Shown in pieces: positions 49,801 through 62,078 of a stretch of 64,000 nt of DNA (position 1 is the stretch's first letter; each line of letters begins with the position of its first letter). The notes under the pieces are model-generated. The model ran no database searches. It saw only the letters and a program-made list of their open reading frames with translations, and had not been told where the DNA came from. The stretch covers positions 1,736,001-1,800,000 of the forward strand of contig OZ176053.1 of NCBI GenBank assembly GCA_964247055.1, in the 5' to 3' direction. Made by a program: the position numbers and the translations under genes. This stretch comes from Paragordius varius. Its lineage: Eukaryota > Animalia > Nematomorpha.

Positions 49801-52800
49801 AACCTGGTTCAGAAGCCATATAGCTCATGATTTCATTTGTAGCTGTACACATATTATTATAAATTAGTTTACTCATTGGTGAAAGTTGACCAGATTCCAA
49901 AGCCGTCATCATTAATCCTGTTATACAAAAATAGTAAAATAATAAAACTATTCCATCCTTTGATTATTACTTTAGTATTTTAACTGGATATTAGTGACAT
50001 TAATAAGACATTTTATTATTAATAATGGTCAATTACAATAAAACGCATTAACATTTCATTTTGCTAGATAGAACATTATTAAAGTGTATTTTCCTTATAG
50101 GCTATTACCCATATTCAAAAAAAACAAAAAGTGAATTGCAAATCCATATATTTTTAGTTTTTTAGAGATAAATCCAAAAAAATATTTAAGGGCAAAAAGT
50201 TCGAGGTGAGAATTGTCTGCGATTTTATACATAATGGCTTATAGGGTATAAAATGACTATTTTGACCCAATATGATGAAGACATTTTAAGACACTTATCT
50301 TTATTGGTTAGAAATTTACCCAAAAGGGTAATGACATGTTTATGCGGAAAAAAAAATTGCATTTAAATATAATTAACATTTTGCCCTAAGAAACATTAAA
50401 ATCACATGAGATTTCATGTTAAAAAAATTGTTTTCTGAGGTTTCCGAATATTTTAGTTAAATCATAATATTTATCTTTATGTTGCTCCATAAGAGTCTAC
50501 GCTTTACTTAGGAAATTATTTTGATTTCGAATTCCCAAAAATTACACAGATACCCTAATTTACTTTCTGCATATAATTTTTATAGAGAAACAGTAACTAA
50601 CTTCTAATATCATTGCCGGCTTGTATGTATAAACCTATAAATCATAAATAAGCATATTAGTTTTGGTAGCAAAATCGTAATTTTATTTTTGCAATTGATT
50701 AATAATCTATTGGAACAATTTATCACAGATAAATAATCAATAAACAGCAAAAGTATTGGTATATGTGTATAATTTTAGCTAAAAAACGGTAAAAATAGAG
50801 ATGTTGAATACAATTACATTTTTTCTCTATTAACAATCCATTACCTTTTAACGTAGTATTATATCACAGAGCAATTAGCTGATTATCTTAGTATTTAAGC
50901 TATTAAGCCGAATATAAAAATAGGCTATATCAAGCCTTTAGACGCATTAATTTTTTATAAAAATGTAAAATTGGAAAAATCATCTCAAATTTCCTTGCAG
51001 CCATTTTGTCTTATATAAATTTTTTTAATCGTTAATGCAACTGGGAAATAAATGTATATTATGGTTATAAAATGTAAATAATTAACTTTAAAAAGTTTCA
51101 GCCTATTTTTTACCAACAAAACCATAATATATTTGGATTTTAAAATCAGTTATCGTGTTTTGAAGCTGTCCCAATTTACTGTAAAAAATATAAGCCTTTT
51201 TATCTAATATAAGAGAACACTGTTTGATGATTAAATTTTAACTAAAATAACTTATAAAACTGCAGTTTATTTACAAAATTGAGCTCTGGGATATAAAACT
51301 ACCCCAAAAGGTACACTACAACAAAAATATAAAATGGTATGGAAGTGTTGACAAATCAAAAGACTTATATATAACTTATAATATACCTTCTTCTATGAGA
51401 GATGATAGTGTTTCGAATAATAAAATAGGGGATCGTTTTTTTCGTTTTAGTGTTTTTTGATTCTTTTGAAAACGGTTGTCAATGTGATAAAAAATATCAT
51501 CCATAGGTATTTTATTTTTGTCCCTTTCATAATACAACTTGGTTTCATGCATACTTTCATTGATGGTTAAATTATATGTTTGATTTTTGATATGCCACAC
51601 AAATATAACTTTTTCTAACACATAATAATAAACGCATTTTATTAAATTTATAATATAAAATTGAGGCACATATCCAGGTTTGGACGTTTCAGTCAAATTA
51701 TAAATGGTAATGGAACTTATTAAGTCATATTCAACTTTATGTTAAACAAAATTTTTATTTAAAACAATCAATGTCAAATGGCCTGAGAAATGTATTGGGA
51801 GACATTGTTTATGGCCAAAAGGAAGCCTTGTAAATGAACGGTGAAATTATTTTTGTATTGTTTTTGAAACTCAAGCGGTATCATATATACACCAACAATG
51901 GTCTTTTTTAAAGACATCTAATGAATCGAGATGGCCCACTTAAACAGCGAAATTCTAAAGATAAGGTCCAAACTACCATCTTTAGCTCAGTCGTCGCACG
52001 CAAACCGCGGCTTTAAAAGTGCTTTTGCATAAACATCTTCAAATGCAAACAGCAATGTAATTCTAATTGGTGAGGAAAAATTTTTTTATTTCGGCCTTTT
52101 AAAGTTTTTTGGTGATAATTATTGATTTAATTAGTTAGGTTTGAATGAAATGATAAAATGAATCATTAAAGATTGGAGACCGTTGTTAGCACGGTCAGGG
52201 TTATTTAAAAAAAATACCCCGATTAGTTAAAACAAAAGTATGGACCTTATTTAGGCTATAAGACGAATCCACTAACTAAAAATTTAGTAAAAATATCCTT
52301 AACTGGTTTGGTAGAAAAATTAGATACTATTCCGGAATCACAAAATGCAAGGTTAATACCAACTAAAAAATTTAAAATTTACAAACCTGTTTTTATATAC
52401 AACAGATTTATACATCAAAATAAATTTTATCATAAAATGATTAGACCAGTCAATATAAAATAATTACTTTTTGTGACTGTCATCATTAATATCATGTGGG
52501 AAGTAAAGTTAGCTCGATGAAATTTTTCATACAACATTTTTCGTGTTATGTCTAAAAAATATTATGAGTATACAATGCACTTTTATCCGTAGTAATTATT
52601 GCCATATATTTGCGGCTGGGCACTTTATAGCTTAAATTGTTGGAAGTAAATTGCACAGTTATTATATGATGTTGGATATCTTAAAATGCGAAAAATATGT
52701 TGATTATATTATTATAAGATATTCAAAAAAATTATTTCATCAATTAAAATGGTTTACGTACAGTAAAAATTAAATTTATACAGACAAAATGTAAAATATA

Positions 52801-55431
52801 ATAGTTTTCAAAAGACAACCGTACTTTTTAAACCTTGACTTCATATATAAACTATTTAATTACAATTATATAATATATATTAGATTCTGTTACCCATTTA
52901 CACCTCTACATATTTTGCAACTTAAAACAATGTTTATTTATATTAAGAATCAATCTTAAAAAAATACACCAATCCTTTGAAATATTTTTGCTATATTTTT
53001 ACGTTTTGTCTGTTAAATTCATTTTTTAAAGTGATTTTTAAATAGACATCTAATTTGAAAGAAAAATTAATTACCCGTTTTTGTTTTAAGGGAATAGAGT
53101 TTTACCCAAGGTGTGCACATTATATTATGTTTCTTGGGTAAATATGTCACACTTATTGATAGGGCGTAGGAACCGTTTAAGTTCCTTATTGGGATCTTTA
53201 TGGTTTTAATTTTCTATTGTGCCAAATAATGTAATTTTAAATACTCATATTACTTCCTAATGTAATTAAAAAATTAGACTTGTTGCAGTTACTTTTTAAA
53301 AATATTGAAAATTTTCCTAAACAAAACTTATTGGTAATATTAGAGTTGTTTTAAAAGTTTCTTATCTATACAAATACAAAAGACATTTTTTTCGTGAATT
53401 GTGTCGGATATTTTTACATATGTATACATTTTTCAGACAAAAGCAACACTTTTTTAAACGCAACATTTTTGTTTAGTTTGGATAGGAATGTTGCGTTTGC
53501 TTGAAAAAAATGTTTCGTTTTTAAAAAAACGTTTCGTATGTTAAAAAATGTTGCATTTAGTTGGAAAGTGATCATTTTGACAAAAAAATGTATATAAGTA
53601 TTTCGAAATTTTAAAATTTAAACGCAATTTAGCTCATACGCCTTTCCTCCCGTTTCTTTTATATTTGACGCCGAAAAGCGCAAAAATGAGATTTTTCGAT
53701 TTGGCTTACATAAAAAATTAAAATAACTTTACATCCTTATAAATTATATAAAAAGAATCCTTTTATTAAATCTGTGGGAAGTTCTCACCTTAATGCGGAC
53801 TGAATTCAATATTATGTATCCCTTTTTAGTATCATTTATGGTAATGTTGAATTTAGTGGGCCTACGCCCTCGCGATTTCAGAAAAATTTTCAAGTGCCGA
53901 GAATCGTTTTGTATCGTAAACTTTTCTAAATATAATAAATTATCTTCATTTTATTAAACATTTTTTATAATTCAATAACAGCTTATGTTACAGTAACAAT
54001 TTTGATGTAATCTAGCTTTTATAATTCTTACCAATCCATCACCATATGAAACAAATATAATTTTTGGGCTATCAAGTTTAAAGCATACATTTTTAAACAA
54101 TTTAATTATTCTTAAGTCTATCCAATTCGTTTGGCTAAATGAGAGCTTTTTCGTCATTAATTTTTACATTTCTTATTTTGATAAATAAGTTTTTGAGGGC
54201 TAACAATTAAAAAAATTTTAATAAGTCATTTGAGCGACATCGGCTTATGTAAGTATAGTAAAATCATATTTTTTTTATAAAAATTAATTCTATAAAACCA
54301 AATGCTCCATAAGACAACGATTTTTCTCTTCCTAATAAGATATTTATCAGGAATGTATGTGCATCTTAGTTTTACTGCGAAATCATAATTTTTTATATAA
54401 AAGATCTAAGGATTGAATAAATATTGTTTTATGCCCTTAAGTGTCTATGTTTTTTACAAATGTCCTATTAATTATTAAATACAAAAAATATTAATAAAAA
54501 TTATTTTACATTTTTTAACATTCACCATTTTACATGTAGGTTAAAGTGTTTGCGGCATCTAAGCATAAATTTACAATGTTCAATCTAGGTTAACACTAGG
54601 ATACAACACACGCATTTTAATCCCTCGATTCAAATTGGGGTAGTTGGATACCCCAGGCCTGTTTAAAATCAAATACTTTAAAAAGTATGGAAAGAATCGA
54701 AACCATGGCAAAAATTTGCACTTATATAACATTAATTAACCGAAATATATAAAAAGATTTATTCAAAAATACTTGATATTAATTATTTTAAGCTCAAACC
54801 AAAAGGTAAAAATTTCGTCAACGTTACATGGGTGAAATGGTAAAATGAAAAAATAATACAAAATAAACCACTTTTTCTTATATTAATGTTAGATGTAAAT
54901 TAAATAAATTAGCTTTAATTTTACCCTTAAAATTAAATGAAGACGATTTTACAAAAATTTTGTAAAATAAAAATGGCGTCGAAGTAGATTGACATGGAAC
55001 TTTTTTATTCAAAACAAATTTTTTTAAGCTATTTATATAATTTTTATTAGGATAGAAGCATGAATTTAAATTGGGGTCGTTTCCTTTAGTAGTTTTTAAA
55101 AATATTAGTTTAAATTTAGTCTGGGGTATTTAGATGCCCCAATTCGTATCGAAGTGTTAAATCAAACTTATCAACTTGATTGCTTAAAATTTTTTAATGA
55201 TTTATATTATCAAAGGGTAGTTAAATGTTTTAGAACATATTTTTACTTAATTATAATTTAATATTTAAAACGGGTAATTAAAAGTCTTATAGTCTGTCTT
55301 CATTCTCATTCATTTTTAATAGGAATCGCATTTATATGAAAGTTTGTAGTTTTATATTAATATTTAATATGGAACCAACTTGAAATATTATTTTTTTTTA
55401 TTTCCAATTAAAAAAAAATTCCAGCTTAAAA

Positions 55432-55478
<47 letters not shown>

Positions 55479-56415
55479 GCATAAATAGTTTCAAAGTCTC
55501 TAACAAAGTTTAACATTATATTTTTAAATAAAAAATATGTATTATAACAGAGGCATAGCTTATATTTCTGGCGTCCATGCATGAATCCATGATGGCGACC
55601 CCCTGATCCATGCAACCTCTTGCATTTTTAAATAGTGATCAATTCAAACCAGAGACATGACCACTCATAAATGGGTGATTTTTTGTATTATTAAAAATAA
55701 TAACTTTTACATACCTATTTTTTGTAATATAATAAAAAAATGTGCATCAATCCCCCCTTTCCTCCCCCCTAGGTAGGCCTTCTTTTTTAAAACCTAGGCT
55801 TAAACGTTAAAATTGATTAACGCATCAATTATATTTAAAAAATTTAAGCAAAATGACATACCCAACATCATTTTGGTGTGAACTATGCATATGGAAAAGA
55901 AATTTTTGATTAAAAAAATTATTTTACTATGCATTACTGTGGCGTTACATTCGTACGACATTGGTGCTGTTTTATTCTTGAATTTGATAAACAGTGTGGC
56001 CATTTCACCAAGTTTTAGGGCATTTGCATAAAATCTCCATTGGATATTCTTAACGTATATCAAAAATTATTACCGTCAGATTTTTGAATTCCGGAGCGTT
56101 TGTGTTAACCCTATCGGGATAATGGTCGGTGTAATCAAAGTATTGTTGTAAGTTTGATGAGAATGACATATTAAGAAATTTTTGGAACCGTGTATCGTTG
56201 ACTCGAAATAGAATGTGAGATTTATTGTATGATACTAAGATTTTGCACGGCTTTACTAAAAATAAACTTATAGTCGGCATACTATGAACATGTAATAAAC
56301 AAATAATAAAATTGGATTTTTAATCATTAAACTTAATCAAAAACGGGATTGGAATCGAAAGCGTTTTTGTGGTACTATTCCGTGATAATTGCTGCCTTCC
56401 TGTTTTAATTGCCAT
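36016..56415 (-). CDS. Orphan multi-exon gene (over 35 exons, roughly 900 aa): N-glycosylated ectodomain, RKKR furin site, micro-exon-encoded Gly/Ala/Glu segment, C-terminal TM segment(s)
   Basis: Phase-compatible exon chain: 56415-56333, 56281-56074, 56048-55928, 55882-55862, one uncertain exon near 54.3-54.6 kb, 54134-54043, 53925-53789, 53704-53624, 53213-53075, 52679-52581, 52551-52468, 52362-52277, unresolved 52245-51740, 51734-51387, 50634-50602, 49917-49804, 16 micro-exons 49053-42269, 42115-42085, 40338-40186, 38036-37990, 37572-37558, 36778-36733, last exon 36061-36016 (alternatives exist). No family recognised; the 5' start is uncertain. Confidence 0.65.
38398..38677. repeat. Inverted-arm element built from degenerate about 21-bp units (aaaaatgttgcgtttggatg type)
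   Basis: ttttcagtcaaaagcaacatg...atgttgcttttgactgaaaa. Relative at about 53440-53580. Confidence 0.6.
39270..40075 (-). repeat. Second, inverted copy of the 520-1350 dispersed repeat
   Basis: Collinear reverse-complement similarity to 520-1350. Confidence 0.75.
40823..41974. mobile_element. About 1.15-kb foldback (near-palindromic) element
   Basis: Ends cgctgtgtgctaaaaa and tttttgcacacagtg with TA flanks; arms of about 500 bp are reverse complements. Copies at 57161-57844 (truncated) and 59695-60890. Confidence 0.85.
42269..49053 (-). CDS. Array of 16 symmetric (phase 1-1) micro-exons of the orphan gene
   Basis: Exon coordinates (length in nt): 49053-49033 (21), 46960-46946 (15), 46912-46862 (51), 46790-46755 (36), 46677-46660 (18), 46602-46582 (21), 46040-46032 (9), 45729-45724 (6), 43788-43744 (45), 43650-43630 (21), 43134-43105 (30), 43024-43013 (12), 42930-42907 (24), 42825-42802 (24), 42729-42721 (9), 42307-42269 (39). 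Each is a GC-rich island bounded by AG and GT, a multiple of 3, and stop-free. Confidence 0.8.
47000..47567. mobile_element. MITE family B, second copy
   Basis: ccatttggacttcaagagtgtcc...ggacactcttgacttgcaaatgg with TA flanks; fewer 21-mer units than 20927-21761. Confidence 0.85.
47738..48988. mobile_element. MITE/foldback family C, 1251 bp, with inverted arrays of the 21-mer ttttcccagtcaatcgaaaca and a nested element at 48208-48486
   Basis: TIR ccagttcccagtctaaataaacgtt and aacgtttctttagactgggaaatgg with TA flanks; arrays at about 47755-47885 and 48825-48985. Confidence 0.85.
49113..49325. mobile_element. Small repeat with GC-rich ends; relative at about 55580-55790
   Basis: gaatccgtgatgcgcccc and actcataaacgggtaattttt..tattatttgaaataataactttt are shared with 55582-55710. 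Confidence 0.5.
54617..55160. mobile_element. TTAA-flanked MITE (piggyBac-like target site)
   Basis: TTAA at both ends with imperfect TIRs (ttaatccctcgattc and gtatcgaagtgttaa). Copies at about 60905-61365 and 3780-4000. Confidence 0.6.
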
Positions 56416-57160
56416 ATTTCTCACAAAAGACGGTTACGTATCAAATTTTTTATCAAATATAGTAACGAGAGCTATTTTAGGTCATTTGGGTATTTTTAAT
56501 GGCTGAAAGGGTATTAAATTTACGTGATTGGATCTATGATTCTTATACATATGTGATTGATATTGTGAAGAAAAGTCAATGGGCTCTGATGTCATTTGCA
56601 GTTAATGTTAATATTTGATGGGAAATATAATATTTTTTTAGGAAAAAGCTAAACACATAAAAAAATTAAATTTAGCATTTTGATACAAATTATAGGTATG
56701 ATAGTAACAATTATAACAAAGGTTTAAAGATTAATATTTTAAGAAAATGGTTATTTTTTTTACAGTTCATCTATTAAAATTTCTAAGAGTGTATTCCTCT
56801 GCCTTGCACTTGATTCAAGTTTTTTTCATCGTTGTAAATTTAAAATCGCAAATAATTTTAAAACTAAATTTGTAATATTATTTTTTAATCGGTTCAAAGC
56901 CCAACCATAAACTTGTTTTATCTGCAAAACTTAAAACTATACCATAATATTATATATACAGTATGACTAAGTATATATTGCTATAAAGTTATTAATTATT
57001 GCCTAATAACATATGCAGCAAAAAGATTTATTATTGGATGATATTAGAAAAAGTGAAAAAGATAACTATAAGTCAATACTGCCCTTTGTTGTATGTACTA
57101 TTTGGCAATAATTCTTTTTAAAAATGTATACCTCATGTACATGTATACATAATATATATA

Positions 57161-57844
57161 CACTTTGTAAAAGGGAGGGTTAATTTTTTTTAACAATTTT
57201 TTTTATGAGATAGCTTATGACCGGTGAATTCATTTGCAGAAAAATATTATTTGTTGACAACCTAGTTTTTGAAATATTGAGAGAAAATTGAAATCGGGCA
57301 AAAAGTGAAAATTAAGGATAATCGTTAAAGATAATTCAAAACAGATGATAAAATTTGATAAATTATGGTTTATATCATTTTAGGAGATATTTTCATATAA
57401 ATAGCCTAAAATTATATAGTTAGGTTTTCTATATAATCTCAGCTCAAAATATGGCGTTTTCCTTTAACACGCTTTAAAGACCAAATTTTTTTTATGAAAC
57501 TATATTAAAATAATTTTTCTAATTATTTACTAGTTAAACCCACGATTGAAATCTTAACATTCATATTTTATTCAGTAAAATATTTTGCATTATCTGGTTT
57601 ATGAGTGCATAAAAAATTTATACTGTATTATATGGGAATCTTACATGAGTGGGAATTATAAAATATATTATTTATGCAAATAAGCATTTAAAATTAGTGG
57701 AAAATTTACCAACAATCCTTAATCCCTGTAACAAGTCTGTTTTAACACAAATTAATATTTTTACTACAATATGTACGGATTGGTTGATATTCCACTAATT
57801 TTAAATGCTATTTTGCATTTATTGTTAAAAAAATTTTCACACAG
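57161..57844. mobile_element. Truncated copy of the foldback element at 40823-41974
   Basis: Shares gagatagcttatgacc...attcatttgc and ttttaggagatattttca...tagggtttctata; ends ttttcacacagta. Confidence 0.8.
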
Positions 57845-58204
57845 TATATATATATATGCAGGCACCCCAATCCGTGCCAAATATGCATGTTAATTATTTT
57901 CACTTAAAGTAAATTTAGTTATAAGCAGTGACTAAACGTAACAAGTTCAAATTAAAATTTTTTGGTACTAGATTTTGATTTTAAAGTCTATTGTTTGAAG
58001 GGAAAAGATAAATGAATTTAGGTTTACGCTAAATTAATATTGTTCGAATTGATACAGGTCTATATAATAGGATAGTCGTGCATTCTGCATTTACCGTGAC
58101 TGTGACCGTGTATAAAATAAATCTTCCAAACTTTTGAACATATGTTTTCGTGATATAGAGTAAATAAATGTAAAATTAGCATTTATATTTGGTCATATCT
58201 TGTG

Positions 58205-58700
58205 GTATTTGTATCATCATCCAAAAATGTGTGTGTGTGTATTGCTGCGTCGAGGTCGACTTTTTGCAATATTGTAAATGACTTCTTCATAAATTGTGGT
58301 TTTTATAAGTTCTGCCAAGGTTGCGTGGGTTTTTTGTTGAATATTGTCCATCCACCTTATCCTTTTGCGGCCCCTTTTACGCTTACCGCTAACTTTTCCC
58401 AACATCAAGGATTTTTCCAGTGAGTTAAATCTCATAGGTCAAAGTAAAATAGTTTGGTGCGGATGAACATTCCAAGCAATGACATATCGGGATTGATTTT
58501 ATTTAAAATTGCATTGTTAATTATATTATCCGTCCATTTTAATTGCAAGAGTTTTCTCCACATCTTGAGTTCAAAGTAGTTTATTATTCGGATTTCAAAG
58601 TCCAACCTTCGCATGTAGAGAAAAGTTGGAAAATGATTGCATTTGTCAGTCAAGTTTTGCTTTTTAAGCTGACATCATGGGATGCCCAAATTTTGGCTCC
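58205..58700 (-). mobile_element. Degenerate 3' fragment of an RTE-clade (BovB-like) LINE reverse-transcriptase ORF
   Basis: Frameshifted translation FELKMWRKLLQLKWTDNIINNAILNKINPDMSL...KLFYF then SLEKSLMLGKVSGKRKRGRKRIRWMDNI matches the RTE C-terminal pattern (FELWCWRRLLRVPWT...SLEKTLMLGKIEGRRRRGRQRMRWLD). The tail ends in an (AC)n-like repeat. Confidence 0.88.
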
Positions 58701-59694
58701 AGCCAAATACTTGATTATCATTTAAATCAGATATTTTAAATAAGCGGCCCTGTGATATTCTAAGTTTGGGCCGCGAAAAAATTTAAAAAATTACTAAATT
58801 AAGGCAAATTACACAATTTGAAAACTATTAATAATCCAATAAAGCTTTCGGTTCGCGAAGAAGTAGCAAAAATTAATTTGCTAATTTTTACAGACTCAGG
58901 TTTATCTAAAAAAATATTTATTAGTGCCCCTATATTTTTTAAATGCAATCCGCGAAGCCATTTAAGTTACCCCCTTTGAAATTAGGGATAAAATTTTTTT
59001 ATATTAAATTATCACCTTATGAAAATCGGGAGCTACAGTAAAATGTAACTTTACTAGCCTATTATAGACATTAAGACATCTCGATTTTCGTATTCAAAAT
59101 TATTATAAGTTTGAAAATGTTGAGTTAATAATTATATATAGTTTAAACACTAAATAAATAAATGTCTTAAATATAATAAAATATTGATAAAAAAAATTAA
59201 TTTACGATAAATTTTTTAAAATTTAACAATTTAATTATAAAAACTTTTACCTCTAATTTTATAACCAGTATTAGTTGAGATTATCCAAAAATGAATGATA
59301 ATTATGGAAATTGGCAGGATTAGAATATTTTGCATATTAAAAATCTTAATTAATGGGCCGTGGATATTGATTTTAAAAAATTTATATAATGAATAATATA
59401 AAACAACTATCTATTAGATATCAATTAAAAGCAATAATTTTTATATAATGCTGACTTGTTTTATTATATCATCCTAGCAATTATCATTTAAGGCGGCTAG
59501 CCAGACACATACAAAAATATTCAAAGAAAAAAAAGAAAGCTACATTTACATAATAAATTTTTATTGTTCGATTTTACAACAAATATTTAATTAGCACCTA
59601 TTTATATCACGTATCCGTAAAAATCATTATAAGAAATAATGGCAAAATTTTACTTATATAACACATAATATTATTATTTATTTTAATATATCTA

Positions 59695-60890
59695 CACTGT
59701 GTGCAATAAAATATTTAACGAAATAATTTTTTTTTCGTGAGATGCTTATAACGAGCTAATTCATTTCAATTTTTTTATTTGTTAACAACCTAATTTTTGA
59801 AATATTCAGAGAAAATTAAAATTTGGCAGAATAAGTGAAAATTATGGATAATTAAGGATATCAAAAATTAATGATAAAGGTTGAGAAATTATGGTTGATC
59901 ATTATTTTAAGAGATTTCTTTGAATAAATAGCTTAATATTATATAAATAGGGTTTCCATAAAATCTCCGATCAAAAGATGGCGTTTTTCATTAAAACACT
60001 TAAAAGTCAAAATGGTTGAAACTATGATAAAATAATTTTTTTATTTAATAGCTAAATTAACTATTAAAATCTTAACATTCATATTTATTCAGTAAAAAGC
60101 TTCTATATCAAAATAAAACTAAGAAGTATTGTTTTATTTTCATTTTTTTGTCTGGTTTATGAGTGTATAATATTCTGTCTTTAGAATCTTACATAAGTGG
60201 TAGTTATAAGGTATATAATTTATGCAAAATAGGATTTAAAATCGTAGAAATTCAACCAAATATCTGTACATATCCCAGAAAAAAATTACTTTGTGGTAAA
60301 ACAAACCTGTTAAAGGATTTTATAAGGATTATTGGTTGATATTCTACAACTTTTAAATGCTATTATGCATAAATTATATACTTTATAAATCCCTCTCATG
60401 TAAAATTCCAAAATAATACATTAATTTTTTATATACTCATAACCCAGATGACAAAAATAAAAAATAAAAAACAATTTTCTTAGTTATATTTTAATATTGA
60501 ATTTTTTTTATCGAATAAAATATGAATGTTAAAATTAATAGTGAGTTTAGCTATTAAATAATTATAAAAAGTTATTTTATTATAGTTTCATAAAAAAATT
60601 TTAACTTTTAAGTGTGTTAAAGAAAAACGCCATTTGATCTAAGATTTTATCGAAACCCTATTTATAATGATTTTAAGCTATTTATTTAATGAAAATATCT
60701 TTTAAAATGATAATCAACCATAATATCTCAACCCTTATCATTATTTTTTGAATTACCCTTAATTATCCAAATTTTTCACTTTTTTCCCAATTTTGATTTT
60801 CTCTGAATATTTCAAAAACCAGGTTGTAACAAATAAAAAAAATGCGAGAAATGAATTGGGTTTCTCTTGAAAATAAAATTTTTTCGATAA
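59695..60890. mobile_element. Third copy of the about 1.15-kb foldback element
   Basis: Starts cactgtgtgcaataaaa; inverted arms collinear with 40823-41974. Confidence 0.8.
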
Positions 60891-61896
60891 ATTAAAATGA
60901 CCGTCTTTTATGCATTTTGCACTTATATAACATTAATAAACCATAATATATACAAAACTTTTTTCAAAAATACTTAAAATTTCTTATTTTAAGGTAAAAC
61001 CTAAAGGTAAAAATTTAGACGCGACATGTGTGCATTGGCTAAATTGAAAAATAATACAAAATAAACCACTTTTCTATTCATATCTATGTTAGATGTGATT
61101 TAAATAAAAAATTAGCTTTTATTATCTTGAAAAATACACAAATATTTTGCAAAAATTTTGGAAAATAAAAATGACCGCCAAGTAGTTTGAAATGGAACTT
61201 TTTTTAAAAACGAAATTTCACTAAGATATTTTAACTTATTTATATAATTTGTATTAGGATAGAAGCATAAATTTAAATTGGGACTATTTCCTTCAGTAGT
61301 TTTTTTAAAATTTGACTTATTTGGTCTGGGGTATTGTGATACCCTAAATTGGATCTAAATATTAAGTAGTTGTTTGAAATATTATAAGATTGTTAGGTTG
61401 AAATGCTTTAATCTCTAACTAAATGATTTTAATATTAGTCCGTATATTAAATTCAATAAAACTTATATTTATTAAGATACCGCTCAATCAGCGGGCCAAC
61501 AAAAAGAGAAATTCCAGGTTTACTCTGAATCGAAATGTAATTAATTGTTTAAAATAAATAAATATAATGAACGATTTGATTGTGAAAATACGACAAATTC
61601 CATATTTAGACTCCTTGTCTTGTTAGCCTTATATATATTGCAAAAAGGTTAAAATATAAATGCAATTGGTAATCTATTGGCCTTATTATTAAGTTAAGTA
61701 ATGCGGAAATTTTGGCCGTACAATTTATATGTTATTGATGGGTTAGTTGGGGACTACGCCATAAACGAAAAATTCGCAATCACAATGGATAATAGTGAAA
61801 AGATGTTATATAAAGTTATATCGAAATTCATATTGATACAATAAAAATAGATTACCAAGCACATTTCCAATATAAATCAATCGACTTCATTATTGC

Positions 61897-62078
61897 ATTT
61901 AGGGCGTTTTAATACGTTTCCTGTGTTAAAATCATCATATTTTATCAGTCCGAAAAAACAATCAGCGATAAAAAACAAAATCTGCACAAATGAATTTAGG
62001 GCGTTTTAATACGTTGCCTGTGTTAAAAGCATCATATTTTATCAGTCCGAAAAAACAATCAGCGATAAAAAACAAAAT
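61897..62078. repeat. Near-perfect direct duplication, 97-bp period x2
   Basis: atttagggcgttttaatacg...cgataaaaaacaaaatc starts at 61897 and 61994. Confidence 0.9.

Noticed and set aside
52227-52463. Plus-strand 78-codon open frame containing GPYLGYKT, reminiscent of the Mononegavirales L-protein capping motif (possible endogenous viral element)
   Set aside because: No start codon near its 5' end, no other L-like sequence nearby, and part of it is the in-frame antisense of orphan-gene exon 52362-52277. A blastx would settle it.
53075-53704. Apparent systematic 1-nt phase mismatch suggesting non-canonical splice sites in the orphan gene
   Set aside because: Resolved by extending the exons to later canonical GT donors (53624, 53075).
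55388-55615. ORF MHGSGGRHHGFMHG... and an alternative-frame exon candidate GCMDQGVAIMDSC
   Set aside because: Overlaps a repeat shared with 49113-49325, lacks a compatible GT donor, and runs into a TA microsatellite.
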